DNA from: a virus
IMG/VR virus record: IMGVR_UViG_3300024520_000062
Location: 3,189-67,188 of that record
Strand: one strand, 5' to 3'
DNA: 64,000 bases
Below are positions 10,976 to 21,249 of this stretch, piece after piece. Under the pieces are notes generated by a model that searched no databases, was not told the DNA's origin, and was given only the letters and a program-made list of their open reading frames with translations. Made by a program: the position numbers and the translations under genes. Position 1 is the stretch's first letter; every line of letters begins with the position of its first letter.

Positions 10976-11817
10976 TGGAGGATCGCCGTGAGGGTGAAGA
11001 CGACCGACGGGGTGGTTTCCATCTCCGCCTACCACGTATCCGATTCCTGCGCCCGCTGGTGTATCTGGCGGTCGCAGCGGTCGTGGCAATGGTTGTTCTT
11101 GGATGGTGGAATTACTGGAAACTGGGTGCGGAGATTGTAGAACGCGACAAGGTCATCGCCGTGTTCGAAGACTCCGTGGCGGCGCAGGCCGACACCATAG
11201 CGGGACTGAGGGTGATCGTCGTTGAGACGGACACCGCTCTGGTGCGCTCGAGACGAGAGACGGCGAGGGTCAACAAGAGGGTGTCGGTATTACTGACCAC
11301 CCTCAGTGAGCGCCCAACGCAAGTGATTCGCGTCCCCGGTCAGCCTCCAGTGATCGTGATCGACGGCGAGCCAGCTACGCCGGAGCAGATCGCCACTAAG
11401 GTCGAACGGTGCAACACACTGGCGATTGCTTGCGCCGACCTACAGGTGCGGTACTCGCTGGATTCGATCGCCGCTGATTCGACCATCGCGGCACGGGACG
11501 ACGTGATCGAGGGACATGTAGAGAAGGACCGGCTGCAGGCGCAGGTCGATAGCACGAAGGACGCGCAGATCGCGGCACTCAAGAGGCGGAGCGCGGGCCG
11601 ACCGTTCACCGTGGTGTTGGGGCCGGGGTTGTTGTACGACCTTGGAGGGTGTCCCGAGACGACGGTGCAGACGGAATATTACGATGGGTTCACGGAGACG
11701 ACGACTAGTAGTGGGTCGTGCGACAAAATCAAATACGGGGTCGGCATCACGGCTGGATTGGATCTGGTTTGGTTGACCGATAAGTTGGTTAAAGGGTTCA
11801 AACTCATCGGAGGGTGA
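10975..11817 (+). CDS. Putative spanin (N-terminal TM, coiled coil, C-terminal amphipathic beta strands)
   Basis: ATG at 10975 overlaps the endolysin stop. TM PLVYLAVAAVVAMVVLGWW, helical middle, C-terminal FTVVLGPGLLY / YGVGITAGL. Confidence 0.55.
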   Translation: MEDRREGEDDRRGGFHLRLPRIRFLRPLVYLAVAAVVAMVVLGWWNYWKLGAEIVERDKVIAVFEDSVAAQADTIAGLRVIVVETDTALVRSRRETARVNKRVSVLLTTLSERPTQVIRVPGQPPVIVIDGEPATPEQIATKVERCNTLAIACADLQVRYSLDSIAADSTIAARDDVIEGHVEKDRLQAQVDSTKDAQIAALKRRSAGRPFTVVLGPGLLYDLGGCPETTVQTEYYDGFTETTTSSGSCDKIKYGVGITAGLDLVWLTDKLVKGFKLIGG

Positions 11818-12845
11818 CCATGGAAGCGAACGTCAGCCCAGCCGGATTCCTGTGGGGCTTCGGCATCTGCGCGGTGTTGTACACGATCTTGATGTGGCGA
11901 GTGCCCAAGTTCCGTGAGAAGGTGCTGGGCTTCAAGGTGTTCGGCAAAGCGATGACGAAGATAGCACCGCTGGTTCTTCTAGGCGCGGTGCTGGTCGCTT
12001 GTACGCCAGTAGAGGCCGAGGATGGCAAGCCCACGTTTGTCCCCGAGGCGTCTGCCGTGGGGGTTAACGTCGCCGTGGTGATTACATGGCATCCCGGCAC
12101 TACCGACTCCATACGATTCGTTGCCCTGTCCGGCGTTGATACAGCAGCGGTGGCACAGTTGGCACGACCGTTCACGGAACCTCAAGTTGACACAATGGTG
12201 TTGGGCGCTCGGCCAAACCCCGGCGAGACAAAGACGTGGGCAATCGGTGCAGCGTACTGGTGGGACGACCGTGGTACTAGTACTCCCGGGATCGGATCGC
12301 TCGGCAACGTCAGCTACACCGAGCCGCTTCCTGCTGGCACGCCGCCCGGCTTTGACCCGCTGCCGCCACCCGACACGACCGCTTCGGGGCCACTGCCGCC
12401 CGGCGGTTCGTTGACGATGGCGAGCATCACCGTACTGCCGCCTGATACGACCCTCAATACTGATTTATGGGAGTCGTTGAGATGGTGTGTGGTCTACGCC
12501 TACGACGATGGGGCGAAGGGAATCAAGACCGTTGAACAGGCGAACTGTCAGACGGCCTTTGATGGATTCCATCCGGTGCCCGGTGCTCGACTCGACGCCG
12601 GACAGCAAGCTCACACCGACGCCGACTGCACCGACTGGATGGTGCAGGACTCGGTGGGCGCTGTGGTGCATGAAGAATTTTGCAGTGCGCGGGCTATGGC
12701 TGTAGTAACGGACAGCGTTACCGGGATGGCGTTCTGGGGTTCTGACCAACTTGCTGTACGCCCCGGCGCGTTCGGCGCTCCACCGGACACTCGTCAAGCC
12801 TTGGTGATGCCAAGTCCGCGTGTCGTGTGGCTGGCGAGTCGATAA
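11814..12845 (+). CDS. Membrane/lipoprotein of unknown function
   Basis: Lipobox-like LLGAVLVAC after MTKIAP (alternative start 11952); Pro-rich linker. Confidence 0.5.
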   Translation: MTMEANVSPAGFLWGFGICAVLYTILMWRVPKFREKVLGFKVFGKAMTKIAPLVLLGAVLVACTPVEAEDGKPTFVPEASAVGVNVAVVITWHPGTTDSIRFVALSGVDTAAVAQLARPFTEPQVDTMVLGARPNPGETKTWAIGAAYWWDDRGTSTPGIGSLGNVSYTEPLPAGTPPGFDPLPPPDTTASGPLPPGGSLTMASITVLPPDTTLNTDLWESLRWCVVYAYDDGAKGIKTVEQANCQTAFDGFHPVPGARLDAGQQAHTDADCTDWMVQDSVGAVVHEEFCSARAMAVVTDSVTGMAFWGSDQLAVRPGAFGAPPDTRQALVMPSPRVVWLASR

Positions 12846-13208
12846 GGGATGAACGGGCGTTCTTCGAATGGCTCCAAGCAGTCGGGGAAGAGCACCGGAC
12901 TGGACGATTTTCGGGCTACCTCCCGACGACCCGCTCCACCCCCGGCGCGGGGTGTCGTCCCGGCTGGAAGACGCGGCGGCGCAAAGCGGCGCAAGTCGAG
13001 CGTCGTAAAGGGCCAGAATTTCTGGTGGCTTAGGTGAAGTCGAGACGCGGCGGCGATCCACCATCATCTCGTAGCCCGGAGCGGTGGGACAAGATTGAGC
13101 ACGAATACCAGCGGACTCTTGGGGAGATCGCTTTGGTTGACAAGTATGGCTACAATGAAGCCATGCATCGGATCGAAGCCGTTGAACGAATGAATCGAGA
13201 GAGTAAGC

Positions 13209-13655
13209 ATGGCAAAGAACATCGAGGTTAACGACTTCCTGCGGTTGGACGGCGGGTTGTATATTGTAGAAGGCGTGGATGTCCGCTATGACCCGAGGAC
13301 GGGCAAAGGGCAATACGTCGTATTCTTCAACAAGTGGCCGAAGGACGCCATCAAGGGTAGCCACACCCATCGGCGCGGCAAGATACTGATGTCGGACATC
13401 GTACAAGCGCCGAAGTACAAGTTCGAGGAAATCGTCGGGGACGAAGTCGAACGACTAGTGAGGTCGTTTCCAGACTTAGCGGACTGGGGTGAGTCGGAGA
13501 AGGTGCTGTTGCCGATCCACTTCACTAATTCGCCAGAGCTTGGGGATGACTTCTATTTCGCTCCCGGTCGCGTTCTGTCAGATCGCCCCGGTACGACGCC
13601 CACGGTGGCAGACTACGGTCGCGATCCGTTGGCGCCGGATAATCCTTTCGACTAA
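13209..13655 (+). CDS. Hypothetical protein
   Basis: 148-aa ORF with GAGAG RBS, in operon context. Confidence 0.55.
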   Translation: MAKNIEVNDFLRLDGGLYIVEGVDVRYDPRTGKGQYVVFFNKWPKDAIKGSHTHRRGKILMSDIVQAPKYKFEEIVGDEVERLVRSFPDLADWGESEKVLLPIHFTNSPELGDDFYFAPGRVLSDRPGTTPTVADYGRDPLAPDNPFD

Positions 13656-13665
13656 GGGGAGAATC

Positions 13666-14139
13666 ATGGCAGCCTATCAGAACGGTATTGCCGAGTTCCT
13701 GAACGGGGACGTGGACTACCTCACCAACGCCAACATCAAGTGCATTTTGGTCGGCACAGCTACGGCGTACACCTATGCTGTGGACGACACGTTCGTTGAC
13801 ATGGCTGGCGCCAACGACGTGATCGACGCCGAGTTGACTGGTGTCGCGAACTACACTCGCGGCTTCGGCAACTCAGGGCGCAAGGCGCTGGGGACCAAGA
13901 CGGTCACCATCGTTGATGCCTCCGACCGTGTGGAGATGCGGGCGGCTGCGTTGACGTGGACCGCTCTCGGTGCGGGAGACACGATTGACGCAGCGGTCAT
14001 CGCCGTCGAACTGACGAACGACACGCTGTCGAACATGTTTAGTCACCACGACCTGACCAACACGCCAACGAACGGCGGGGACATCACGGTCAACTGGGCG
14101 GGTGGCGGCAACAACGAGATTCTTTACTACACCTGCTAA
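13666..14139 (+). CDS. Putative virion structural protein (fibre-module anchor)
   Basis: GGGGAG RBS; ends TPTNGGDITVNW, a pattern I associate with small structural proteins preceding repeat fibres. Confidence 0.55.
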   Translation: MAAYQNGIAEFLNGDVDYLTNANIKCILVGTATAYTYAVDDTFVDMAGANDVIDAELTGVANYTRGFGNSGRKALGTKTVTIVDASDRVEMRAAALTWTALGAGDTIDAAVIAVELTNDTLSNMFSHHDLTNTPTNGGDITVNWAGGGNNEILYYTC

Positions 14140-14162
14140 CCCAGTAGGGGAGGAGGCCTGTT

Positions 14163-14612
14163 ATGGCTATCGACCCTGCTGCATTCAAGACGGAGTGCGA
14201 GACTGACCCCTCGGGGCTCGGTCTTGCCGCTCCGTTTGCTGCGGGCCAGAACCAAAGCGTGGTGGACATACTGAATCTCCCCCGCGCCAGCATCCAGTTG
14301 CCGCCGCCGTTTGTCAAACGGTCGGACGTAATTGGGGCTGTCCTACATACCGATCTTCCTGCGGCCGTGGGGACACCGACCGAGAAGGAAATCAACGAGC
14401 AGCGGTGGTTTGAGAACGGCGTGTTGGCCGATGAGGTCATCCCCAACACAGTCGAACTGCGAGCCTTCATCACGGCGGCAATCGGCAACACCGGGAACAC
14501 TCGGACACGCCTCGCCGCTCTGGTCGCTGATGTGGATACCAGCCGTGCGCAGGAATTGTGGACCGAGGACGCCACTTTAGATGTGGCGCGGAAAGCGCAG
14601 GTGCTCCCATGA
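14163..14612 (+). CDS. Hypothetical protein (fibre module)
   Basis: GGAGG RBS; 149 aa. Confidence 0.6.
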   Translation: MAIDPAAFKTECETDPSGLGLAAPFAAGQNQSVVDILNLPRASIQLPPPFVKRSDVIGAVLHTDLPAAVGTPTEKEINEQRWFENGVLADEVIPNTVELRAFITAAIGNTGNTRTRLAALVADVDTSRAQELWTEDATLDVARKAQVLP

Positions 14613-15055
14613 GTGTTGTTTATGCGACGAAGGCCGCTATTACGATCACGCTGACTTCGATTGCCGACGACAGTGCGCGTGAGAGTACCGTCATCGACAA
14701 CACCAGCAATCTCTACGACGACGTGTTGGTCCGTATTCGGATGAACGGGCAGAGCGGCGGCACGGGCCTCTGTGAGTTCTATGTCTACGCGGCGTTGGAT
14801 GACACTGAATACTCAGATGGTGCAACTGGCACTGATGCTGCTTTCACTGCTGCCAATCGGCGTAACAGCCCTCACCTTGTCAGTATCCAGATGAATGCAG
14901 CAACAGGTGTGGAGGCCGCCCCTGTTTCCGTTGCTTCGGTATTCGGTGGCGTAGTGCCGCCCAAGTGGGGATTGATCTGCATTAACAGGAGCGGTGCCAC
15001 CCTCAGCGCCACAGGTGGGGACACCGACATCGACTATCAAGGCGTAACCTACTAA
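14609..15055 (+). CDS. Putative structural protein (fibre module)
   Basis: ATGA overlap with the previous gene; beta-rich, Thr/Ala/Gly-rich. Confidence 0.55.
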   Translation: MSVVYATKAAITITLTSIADDSARESTVIDNTSNLYDDVLVRIRMNGQSGGTGLCEFYVYAALDDTEYSDGATGTDAAFTAANRRNSPHLVSIQMNAATGVEAAPVSVASVFGGVVPPKWGLICINRSGATLSATGGDTDIDYQGVTY

Positions 15056-15065
15056 GGGGGCGCAG

Positions 15066-16076
15066 TTGTCTTACCGATACCGCGCTCTCCCCCGTCGCCT
15101 GTACGGCATGGACTACGAAGGTGTGGGGGCCACTGGCTCACGCATGTCAAGTGCTTGGACTTCCGCTGACACATTGACAGTGGCGGTCCTTTTGCGTTTC
15201 CCTGAATTGTCGGATGGCACCGGGGTTGGAATCATACAGCCCACGGGTGGTGGCCCTACGGGCACGGAAATGTTTTCCGACAACTATTCCGCGTTCAGTA
15301 TCGTTGATTCCATTGGGATGATTCGCAACCGCGCCACCACTGACACCGCCATGACGACGGGCAACGGCTGGATGACTGCATACCGTGGTCGTTTGATGTG
15401 GTGGTTCTTCATGGATTACGGTGATACCGTACTTAACCCTGACATCTGGTGGGCAGAGCCAAACCCATTAGGCAAGGGTGTGAACAAGCTGAACTATGTG
15501 ACCAGTTATGCTGACCGCGTTATGGGAGTGGGCGCGTTGTCCACGCCGGACTCCACTCTTTCGGTCGGCATGAAAGCAAACGAGGGTGGCCCGTTTCCGG
15601 CCAGCGGCCTTTACGGGCTGTTCGCGTGGCCCAAAGTAATGAGCGACACGGAAATGATACAAATAGCCAACTTCGACATCATCGGTGGGGCGTCTTGCGC
15701 TCATTGGTTGGGGCTGCATGGTGGCCTGATCTCACCAGACCTGAGTGGGAATAATCAGCCCATCACTTGGAACGACACTCCGATGGGGGATGTTAGCGAG
15801 GACTTCGGCCCGGTCATCCTGCCAGCCACCAACTACAGGGTGCGTCGTCGGTCGCGTGTCAAGAAGTTGCGGCCCAACGCGACGGTGGCGGCGGGCAGTT
15901 GGACGGCGAAACCGAGTGGCACACTGCATGGCGTTACCAGCGACGAGGATGATGCGACCTACGCCGAGAGCACAGCCACGCCCGACACCAGTGAGATCGC
16001 CAAGCTCGGTATGGATAACCCGGCCACAGGGGTAGGGGAGCCCGTGACCGTGCGCGCCAAGTGGCGGCAGGACTAG
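15066..16076 (+). CDS. LamG/concanavalin-like structural protein
   Basis: TLTVAVLLRF ... FAWPKVMSDTEM ... PDLSGNN pattern; AAGGGGG RBS before a TTG start. Confidence 0.5.
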   Translation: MSYRYRALPRRLYGMDYEGVGATGSRMSSAWTSADTLTVAVLLRFPELSDGTGVGIIQPTGGGPTGTEMFSDNYSAFSIVDSIGMIRNRATTDTAMTTGNGWMTAYRGRLMWWFFMDYGDTVLNPDIWWAEPNPLGKGVNKLNYVTSYADRVMGVGALSTPDSTLSVGMKANEGGPFPASGLYGLFAWPKVMSDTEMIQIANFDIIGGASCAHWLGLHGGLISPDLSGNNQPITWNDTPMGDVSEDFGPVILPATNYRVRRRSRVKKLRPNATVAAGSWTAKPSGTLHGVTSDEDDATYAESTATPDTSEIAKLGMDNPATGVGEPVTVRAKWRQD

Positions 16077-19000
16077 ATGGCGGTCGGCTCACTCTACACC
16101 CGCCTTGCCCACGCCAGCACGGGCCTCGTCACGAACCTCGGTGCGTCCGAGACAATTCTGACATGGGACCAAGCTGGCGACACCTCCGCTGACGTAACAG
16201 TTCAGTCGGGCAACACCGCCCATCGCATCCAGAACAGCGGTCGGTACTTGATCTTTTCCAAGGTCGGCATGAACTACGTCGATATTGGGAACAACAACCG
16301 TCATGTCGTGCGGTCGGTGGTGAAGATCGGCGGCACGGCGCTCCCCGGTATCACAGGGATGGCGTCGGGGTACGGGCGCGACTCAGGCAGCGCCGACGAG
16401 TCTCATGTTGTCACGATGTCCTATGTGGATCACACCGTCGTTGGCAGTTCCGCCGATGACGTTGAGATTTACATCCAAAATTTCGGTGACACCTCCGTCT
16501 CACTCTGCGACCAGATGGCATCGCAGTCCAGCATCCAGATCATTCGGCTGGATGATGACGCCGATTGGTTGCAGGTAACTCGTACCGCCAGCACCACGGT
16601 CACGCCGGGCGGCTTCACCACCACGCGCCCAGTGGACGGTGACTACCAGACGGTGACGTGGGCGAATCAGATAGTCGAGACGGATTCGGCGGTCATCGAG
16701 TGGACGAGCGGGACGGACGTAACCTGTAAGGTGGCCGGACGCTACATGGTCTTTGTCCATGTCGAATGCCTGAGTACATCGTTGCGAACGGGCGTCGTGT
16801 CGAAGCTCATGGTGAACGACGGCAACATCAACGGTCAGAGCCATGTGGTGAACTTCGGTCGAGCTTCTGACGGCGCGAATGAATCGTGGACGGCAATGGG
16901 CATTGCCCTCGATCTCGCCGCCAACGATGTGCTGACCGTCGATCAAGTGAACGACTCCGAGACGACGACCGATCCGACCTGCGAAGAAGTCGCGTTGACC
17001 GTCATCAAGATTCCCGATGGCGTCACGGTGGTCAGCACTTACCACGATGCGGCGAGGGCGGGTGAGACGACGGGCGCGTACCCGATGGACGCGGAGAACC
17101 GAGACGTTGACGGCCAGCACTCGGTCGCCACCAACACCAGCCGGATCAATGGCACCGCCGCCGACGATGCGTGGTTGTTCTTCGCGGGTTACCTCGCGGA
17201 AACGAACAGCGCCACCGACAGCACCCGCGTCAGCGAACACTTCCGTTTCGAGCACTCGACGGGCGGCGTTCAGGCAATCGGTTCGTTCCTTGGTTATCAC
17301 CGGGGCGACCAGTCAACGACGGGTGTGTTTGTTGCTGGTCGGCACGGCGCATTCGCGGAACCCGGCATTGACGAAACTGAGTGGATTCAAATCAACCTGA
17401 CCCAAGAGTCGGGGACGGGTGACCAGAACAGGGACTTCCTCGCCAACCGCGTCGGCCTGCAAGCGATCAACCTTACGGAGTTCGGTGGTGGCGGTCCTGC
17501 TACCCTGACCGCCACGGCCTCCACGGTCGCCGTCAGCAGTGGCGCGGCCACAATCTCAGTTGGTGACCCGCCCGCCCTGTCGGCTCCAGCCAGCACCGTG
17601 GCCGTCACCTCGGGTGTCGCTACCCTCATAGCGTACTCGACTCTTCAGTTGGAGATCCGCGAGGGCGCGACACTGAGGGCCACCAGCCCGGTGTTTGTGA
17701 ACGTCACACAGACGGAGGCGTGGGCTGAGTTCACGATGTCCACGGCGGAAGTGGCGAGCGTCGGTGACTGGGACAACGTCGAGGTGTGGGTCATCGGCAA
17801 CGGTGGCACACGGGTCCGCGCCAACGAAGTCGAGATTTGCTACAAGTCAGCCGCTGCCGCCGGAGGAGCCACCCTGACGGCCACGGCATCGACCGTTGCG
17901 GTGACTAGTGGTGCGGCGTCGATCTCGGCGGGTGCGTCCAGTCAAACTGCTACGGCATCGACCGTCGCCGTCAGCACCCCTGCCACGGCGATTGCAGCGG
18001 GTGCGGTCAGTCAAACTGCCGGGGCCTCGACCGTAGCGGTGACGACACCAGCGGCAGCGATCTCCGCCGCCGCCGTGTCGCTCTCCGCTCCGGCCAGCAC
18101 AGTACCAGTCACCACCCCAGCGGCTACCGTTGCAGCGGGTGCCGTGTCACTGCCAGCGACGGCAAACACGGTGGTGGTGACTACCCCGGCAGCGACTATC
18201 GCACCGTCAGCCAGCCTGACGGCACCTTCCAGCACGGTCGCGGTGACGTCCGGTGCGGCGACTGTGGCGGTGGGGAACCCGCCCGCCCTGACGGCGCCGT
18301 CGAGCAACGTGCTGGTGACTGCCGGGGTAGCGGCGCTGGTGGCTGGCGCGAGTGTTTTGAGTGCCACGGCATCAACCGTCGTGGTCAGCACCCCAGCGGC
18401 GGACATCGATCAGGACATTGTCCTCGCCGCCCCCGCTGCGACGGTTGTAGTCACCAGCGGTGCTGCCACCATCGCGCAGGGAGCGGTCAGTCTCTCCGCG
18501 CCCGCTGGAACCGTGGTGGTCACCAGCGGTGCGGCCACGATCCTCGCGCCTCAGATCCTGACTGCCTCAGCCTCAACCGTTGTCGTCACGTCCGGCGCGG
18601 CCACCCTAGCGGCTGGTGTCTCCGCCCAAACGGCGCCGGCTTCGACCGTAGCGGTCACCACCCCGGCCACGGCCATAGCCGTAGGCAATCCGCCCGCCCT
18701 GACGGCCACGGCCTCCACGGTGGTGGTCACCAGCGGAGCGGCAACGCCGGTGGCTGGCGACCCAGCACTCAGCGCCACGGCCTCGACCGTGGTGGTCACC
18801 ACCCCGGCCACGGGGATCTCCTCCGGCCTCGCCCTGACGGCCACCGCCAGCACCGTGGCGGTCACCAGCGGAACGGCGACACTAGCTGTCGGGAATCCTC
18901 CGGCTCTGGCGGCGCCGGCCGGAACCGTAGCTATCAGCACCCCCGCCGCCGCCATAGCGGCTGGCGCGGTCACCCTGACGGCCCCAGTCAGCACCGTGGT

Positions 19001-20348
19001 AGTCACCACGGGCGTTGCGGACATAGATCAGGCCCAAGTAATCGCAGCCCCAGCCAGCACCGTGGCGGTGACCTCAGGGGCAGCGACCATCTCAGCGGGC
19101 GGATCGGCGATCGGCGCTCCTGCGGCATCTGTGGCCGTTTCTACCCCAGCAGCCACTCTAGCGGCTGCGACCACCCTGACGGCCCCCGCTGGGACCGTAG
19201 CGGTCAGCACCCCTGCGGCGGCGCTGGTAGCTGGTGTATCCGCCCAGACGGCCCCAGCGGCGACCGTAGCGGTCACCACCCCGGCGGCGACGATAGCCGC
19301 TGGCGGAGCCACTCTGAGCGCCCCTGTCTCTACGGTGGTGGTCACCACGGGTGTGGCCGACATAGACTTCGGGCAGGTGCTGACGGCTCCGGCCTCCACA
19401 GTGGTGGTCACCTCGGGCGCCGCCACGATCGCCGCCGGCGCGGTCAGTCAAACTGCTGCGGCCTCCACGGTGGCTGTCACCACCCCGGCCACGGCGGTGG
19501 CGGCTGGCGCGCTGACGTTGACGGCGTCGGCAGGCACGGTGGTGGTCACCACACCAGCCGCCAGTATCGTCGCGAGTGGGGCGCCCCAGACCCTGACTGC
19601 CCCGGCCTCGACGGTGGTGGTCACCAGCGGAGCGGCGGCGACCGCCTCCGGTGCGGCGACGGTAAGCGCCACGGCGTCCACGGTGGTGGTCACGACACCA
19701 GCGGCGTCGATCACTCAGGCCAGTCAGCTGACGGCACCGGCGGCGACGGTGGTGGTGACGAGCGGAGCGGCGACGATAACGGTGGGCGTGTCAGCGGTGA
19801 CCGCCCCCGCTGCGTCGGTCGTCGTCACCACACCGGCCTCGAGTGTCGCTGTCGGCAACCCGGCGCCGCTCACGGCACCGGCGGCGTCGGTGGTGGTGAG
19901 CACACCGTCGTCCACACTGCAGGCGACGGTCGCTCTGGCGGCGCCGGCGTCCACCGTGGTTGTGACCACCCCGGGCGCGAGTCCGTCAGCTGGCGCGGTG
20001 ACCCTCAACGCCCCGGTGGTGATCGTTCCTGTCACCACACCGGCTGTGTCGGTCGCCAGCGGAGCGATCACACTCGGAGCCTCGGCCAACACGGTGGTGG
20101 TGACCAGTGGTGTGGCCAGTCTGTTCTCGGGACGACTACTGGCGCTGTACCTCGACTGTCGGTCGGCACCGCACCTGTTGCTCTCGGTGCTGTCTGGCCC
20201 GACATTATCCCTAGAGTGTTTGTCGTCGGCGCATCGCATCACGATGCTCTCGGGACCGACGCTGGAGGTGGAGAGTAAGTCGGGTCCGTCAGTGATCGTG
20301 GACCGACGAAGTGACACTGATTTCTTCCCGGGAGGGAACGATGGCTGA
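16077..20348 (+). CDS. Large repeat fibre/decoration protein
   Basis: 1423 aa; N-terminal beta-sandwich-like domains, then about 35 degenerate ~23-aa repeats like LTAPASTVVVTSGAATIAAG. Confidence 0.75.
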   Translation: MAVGSLYTRLAHASTGLVTNLGASETILTWDQAGDTSADVTVQSGNTAHRIQNSGRYLIFSKVGMNYVDIGNNNRHVVRSVVKIGGTALPGITGMASGYGRDSGSADESHVVTMSYVDHTVVGSSADDVEIYIQNFGDTSVSLCDQMASQSSIQIIRLDDDADWLQVTRTASTTVTPGGFTTTRPVDGDYQTVTWANQIVETDSAVIEWTSGTDVTCKVAGRYMVFVHVECLSTSLRTGVVSKLMVNDGNINGQSHVVNFGRASDGANESWTAMGIALDLAANDVLTVDQVNDSETTTDPTCEEVALTVIKIPDGVTVVSTYHDAARAGETTGAYPMDAENRDVDGQHSVATNTSRINGTAADDAWLFFAGYLAETNSATDSTRVSEHFRFEHSTGGVQAIGSFLGYHRGDQSTTGVFVAGRHGAFAEPGIDETEWIQINLTQESGTGDQNRDFLANRVGLQAINLTEFGGGGPATLTATASTVAVSSGAATISVGDPPALSAPASTVAVTSGVATLIAYSTLQLEIREGATLRATSPVFVNVTQTEAWAEFTMSTAEVASVGDWDNVEVWVIGNGGTRVRANEVEICYKSAAAAGGATLTATASTVAVTSGAASISAGASSQTATASTVAVSTPATAIAAGAVSQTAGASTVAVTTPAAAISAAAVSLSAPASTVPVTTPAATVAAGAVSLPATANTVVVTTPAATIAPSASLTAPSSTVAVTSGAATVAVGNPPALTAPSSNVLVTAGVAALVAGASVLSATASTVVVSTPAADIDQDIVLAAPAATVVVTSGAATIAQGAVSLSAPAGTVVVTSGAATILAPQILTASASTVVVTSGAATLAAGVSAQTAPASTVAVTTPATAIAVGNPPALTATASTVVVTSGAATPVAGDPALSATASTVVVTTPATGISSGLALTATASTVAVTSGTATLAVGNPPALAAPAGTVAISTPAAAIAAGAVTLTAPVSTVVVTTGVADIDQAQVIAAPASTVAVTSGAATISAGGSAIGAPAASVAVSTPAATLAAATTLTAPAGTVAVSTPAAALVAGVSAQTAPAATVAVTTPAATIAAGGATLSAPVSTVVVTTGVADIDFGQVLTAPASTVVVTSGAATIAAGAVSQTAAASTVAVTTPATAVAAGALTLTASAGTVVVTTPAASIVASGAPQTLTAPASTVVVTSGAAATASGAATVSATASTVVVTTPAASITQASQLTAPAATVVVTSGAATITVGVSAVTAPAASVVVTTPASSVAVGNPAPLTAPAASVVVSTPSSTLQATVALAAPASTVVVTTPGASPSAGAVTLNAPVVIVPVTTPAVSVASGAITLGASANTVVVTSGVASLFSGRLLALYLDCRSAPHLLLSVLSGPTLSLECLSSAHRITMLSGPTLEVESKSGPSVIVDRRSDTDFFPGGNDG
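17870..20120 (+). repeat. Coding tandem repeat, ~66-72 bp unit
   Basis: Recurrent ACCGTGGTGGTCACCA-like units encoding STVVVT(S/T)(G/P)A. Confidence 0.85.
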
Positions 20349-20691
20349 TCTAGTACGTGAGGTGCCACTCGGCACCGACTGGGATGTGTTCTACGAAATG
20401 AAGAGACGGAACGCCTCGACCGGATTACTCGAGGCGGCGGCTGGTGTCGGCCCGTTCACCGGGTACTTCAGTCTCACTCGAGGTGGCGGTGCCATCGACG
20501 CCGCCGTGTCGGTGACGGTGAGTGAGTTGGCCGGCGCACCCGGTTCGTACCTTGGCCTGATCCAAGCGGCGGGCATCGACACCCACCTCGGCCCTCTGGA
20601 GAACCAGTTGATCTACGAGGTGATCACCAAGGCGGGTGACGTGATGCGTTCTACTCCGGTTCGTCCGGTGAAGTGGACGTCGTCGGAGTGA
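20341..20691 (+). CDS. Hypothetical protein (end of fibre module)
   Basis: GGAGGG RBS, ATG at 20341. Confidence 0.6.
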   Translation: MADLVREVPLGTDWDVFYEMKRRNASTGLLEAAAGVGPFTGYFSLTRGGGAIDAAVSVTVSELAGAPGSYLGLIQAAGIDTHLGPLENQLIYEVITKAGDVMRSTPVRPVKWTSSE

Positions 20692-21001
20692 GTTCGATCT
20701 CTGCGGCTGGTCCCGATGTGGTTGAGTTGGGACCAGACGGTAACGGCAAACCCTTGTCGTGGGCGTACCCCAGAATACGCAACTCGGCTGACGCCGACTG
20801 GAACAGACAACCCATCTTCTGAAGCTCCTCGGCTAGGCTGTAGGCCTCAGCCGGCCTCATCCCCGATCGGTTCAGCTGCTGCCACAGGCGGTTGTATGGT
20901 ATCTCCATGCGATCGGCGATTCGTTGGATTGTAAGTTCTCCCCGTTTCAACAGGGCCAAGCCTTTGATTTGGTCGAGTCGATTTCGGTGGATTCTTGGCA
21001 T
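20651..21001 (-). CDS. Putative HTH transcriptional regulator
   Basis: LTIQRIADRMEIPYNRLWQQLN resembles a helix-turn-helix; transcribed divergently from the 21215 promoter. Confidence 0.5.
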   Translation of the reverse strand: MPRIHRNRLDQIKGLALLKRGELTIQRIADRMEIPYNRLWQQLNRSGMRPAEAYSLAEELQKMGCLFQSASAELRILGYAHDKGLPLPSGPNSTTSGPAAEIELTPTTSTSPDEPE

Positions 21002-21075
21002 GATCAGACACCCATATAATAAGGAAAGGGTTGGGTTGTTTCTCAGTACAGTATGAAGATAGAATAAAGGCAGAA

Positions 21076-21208
21076 AAAATACAACTCGCCCGACAAAAAT
21101 AAAAAGCTAGGCCCCCAGCTGCGGCCACGCTGAACACTTTGGAAGAAAATTCTGGCACGGCCCGGCCGGGAGCCTAGCTTTTTTATTGTGTCGGGCGAGT
21201 TGTATTTT
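21076..21208. repeat. Inverted-repeat element 1 (37-bp arms, 34/37 match)
   Basis: AAAATACAACTCGCCCGACAAAAATAAAAAGCTAGGC (21076-21112) pairs with 21172-21208. Confidence 0.9.
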
Positions 21209-21214
21209 GGGGGG

Positions 21215-21243
21215 TTGACGCCGGCATGTCCTGTGGGTACTTT
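21215..21243 (+). promoter_or_regulatory. Sigma70-type promoter for the large ncRNA
   Basis: TTGACG-17 bp-TACTTT. Confidence 0.7.
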
Positions 21244-21249
21244 CTTCCC

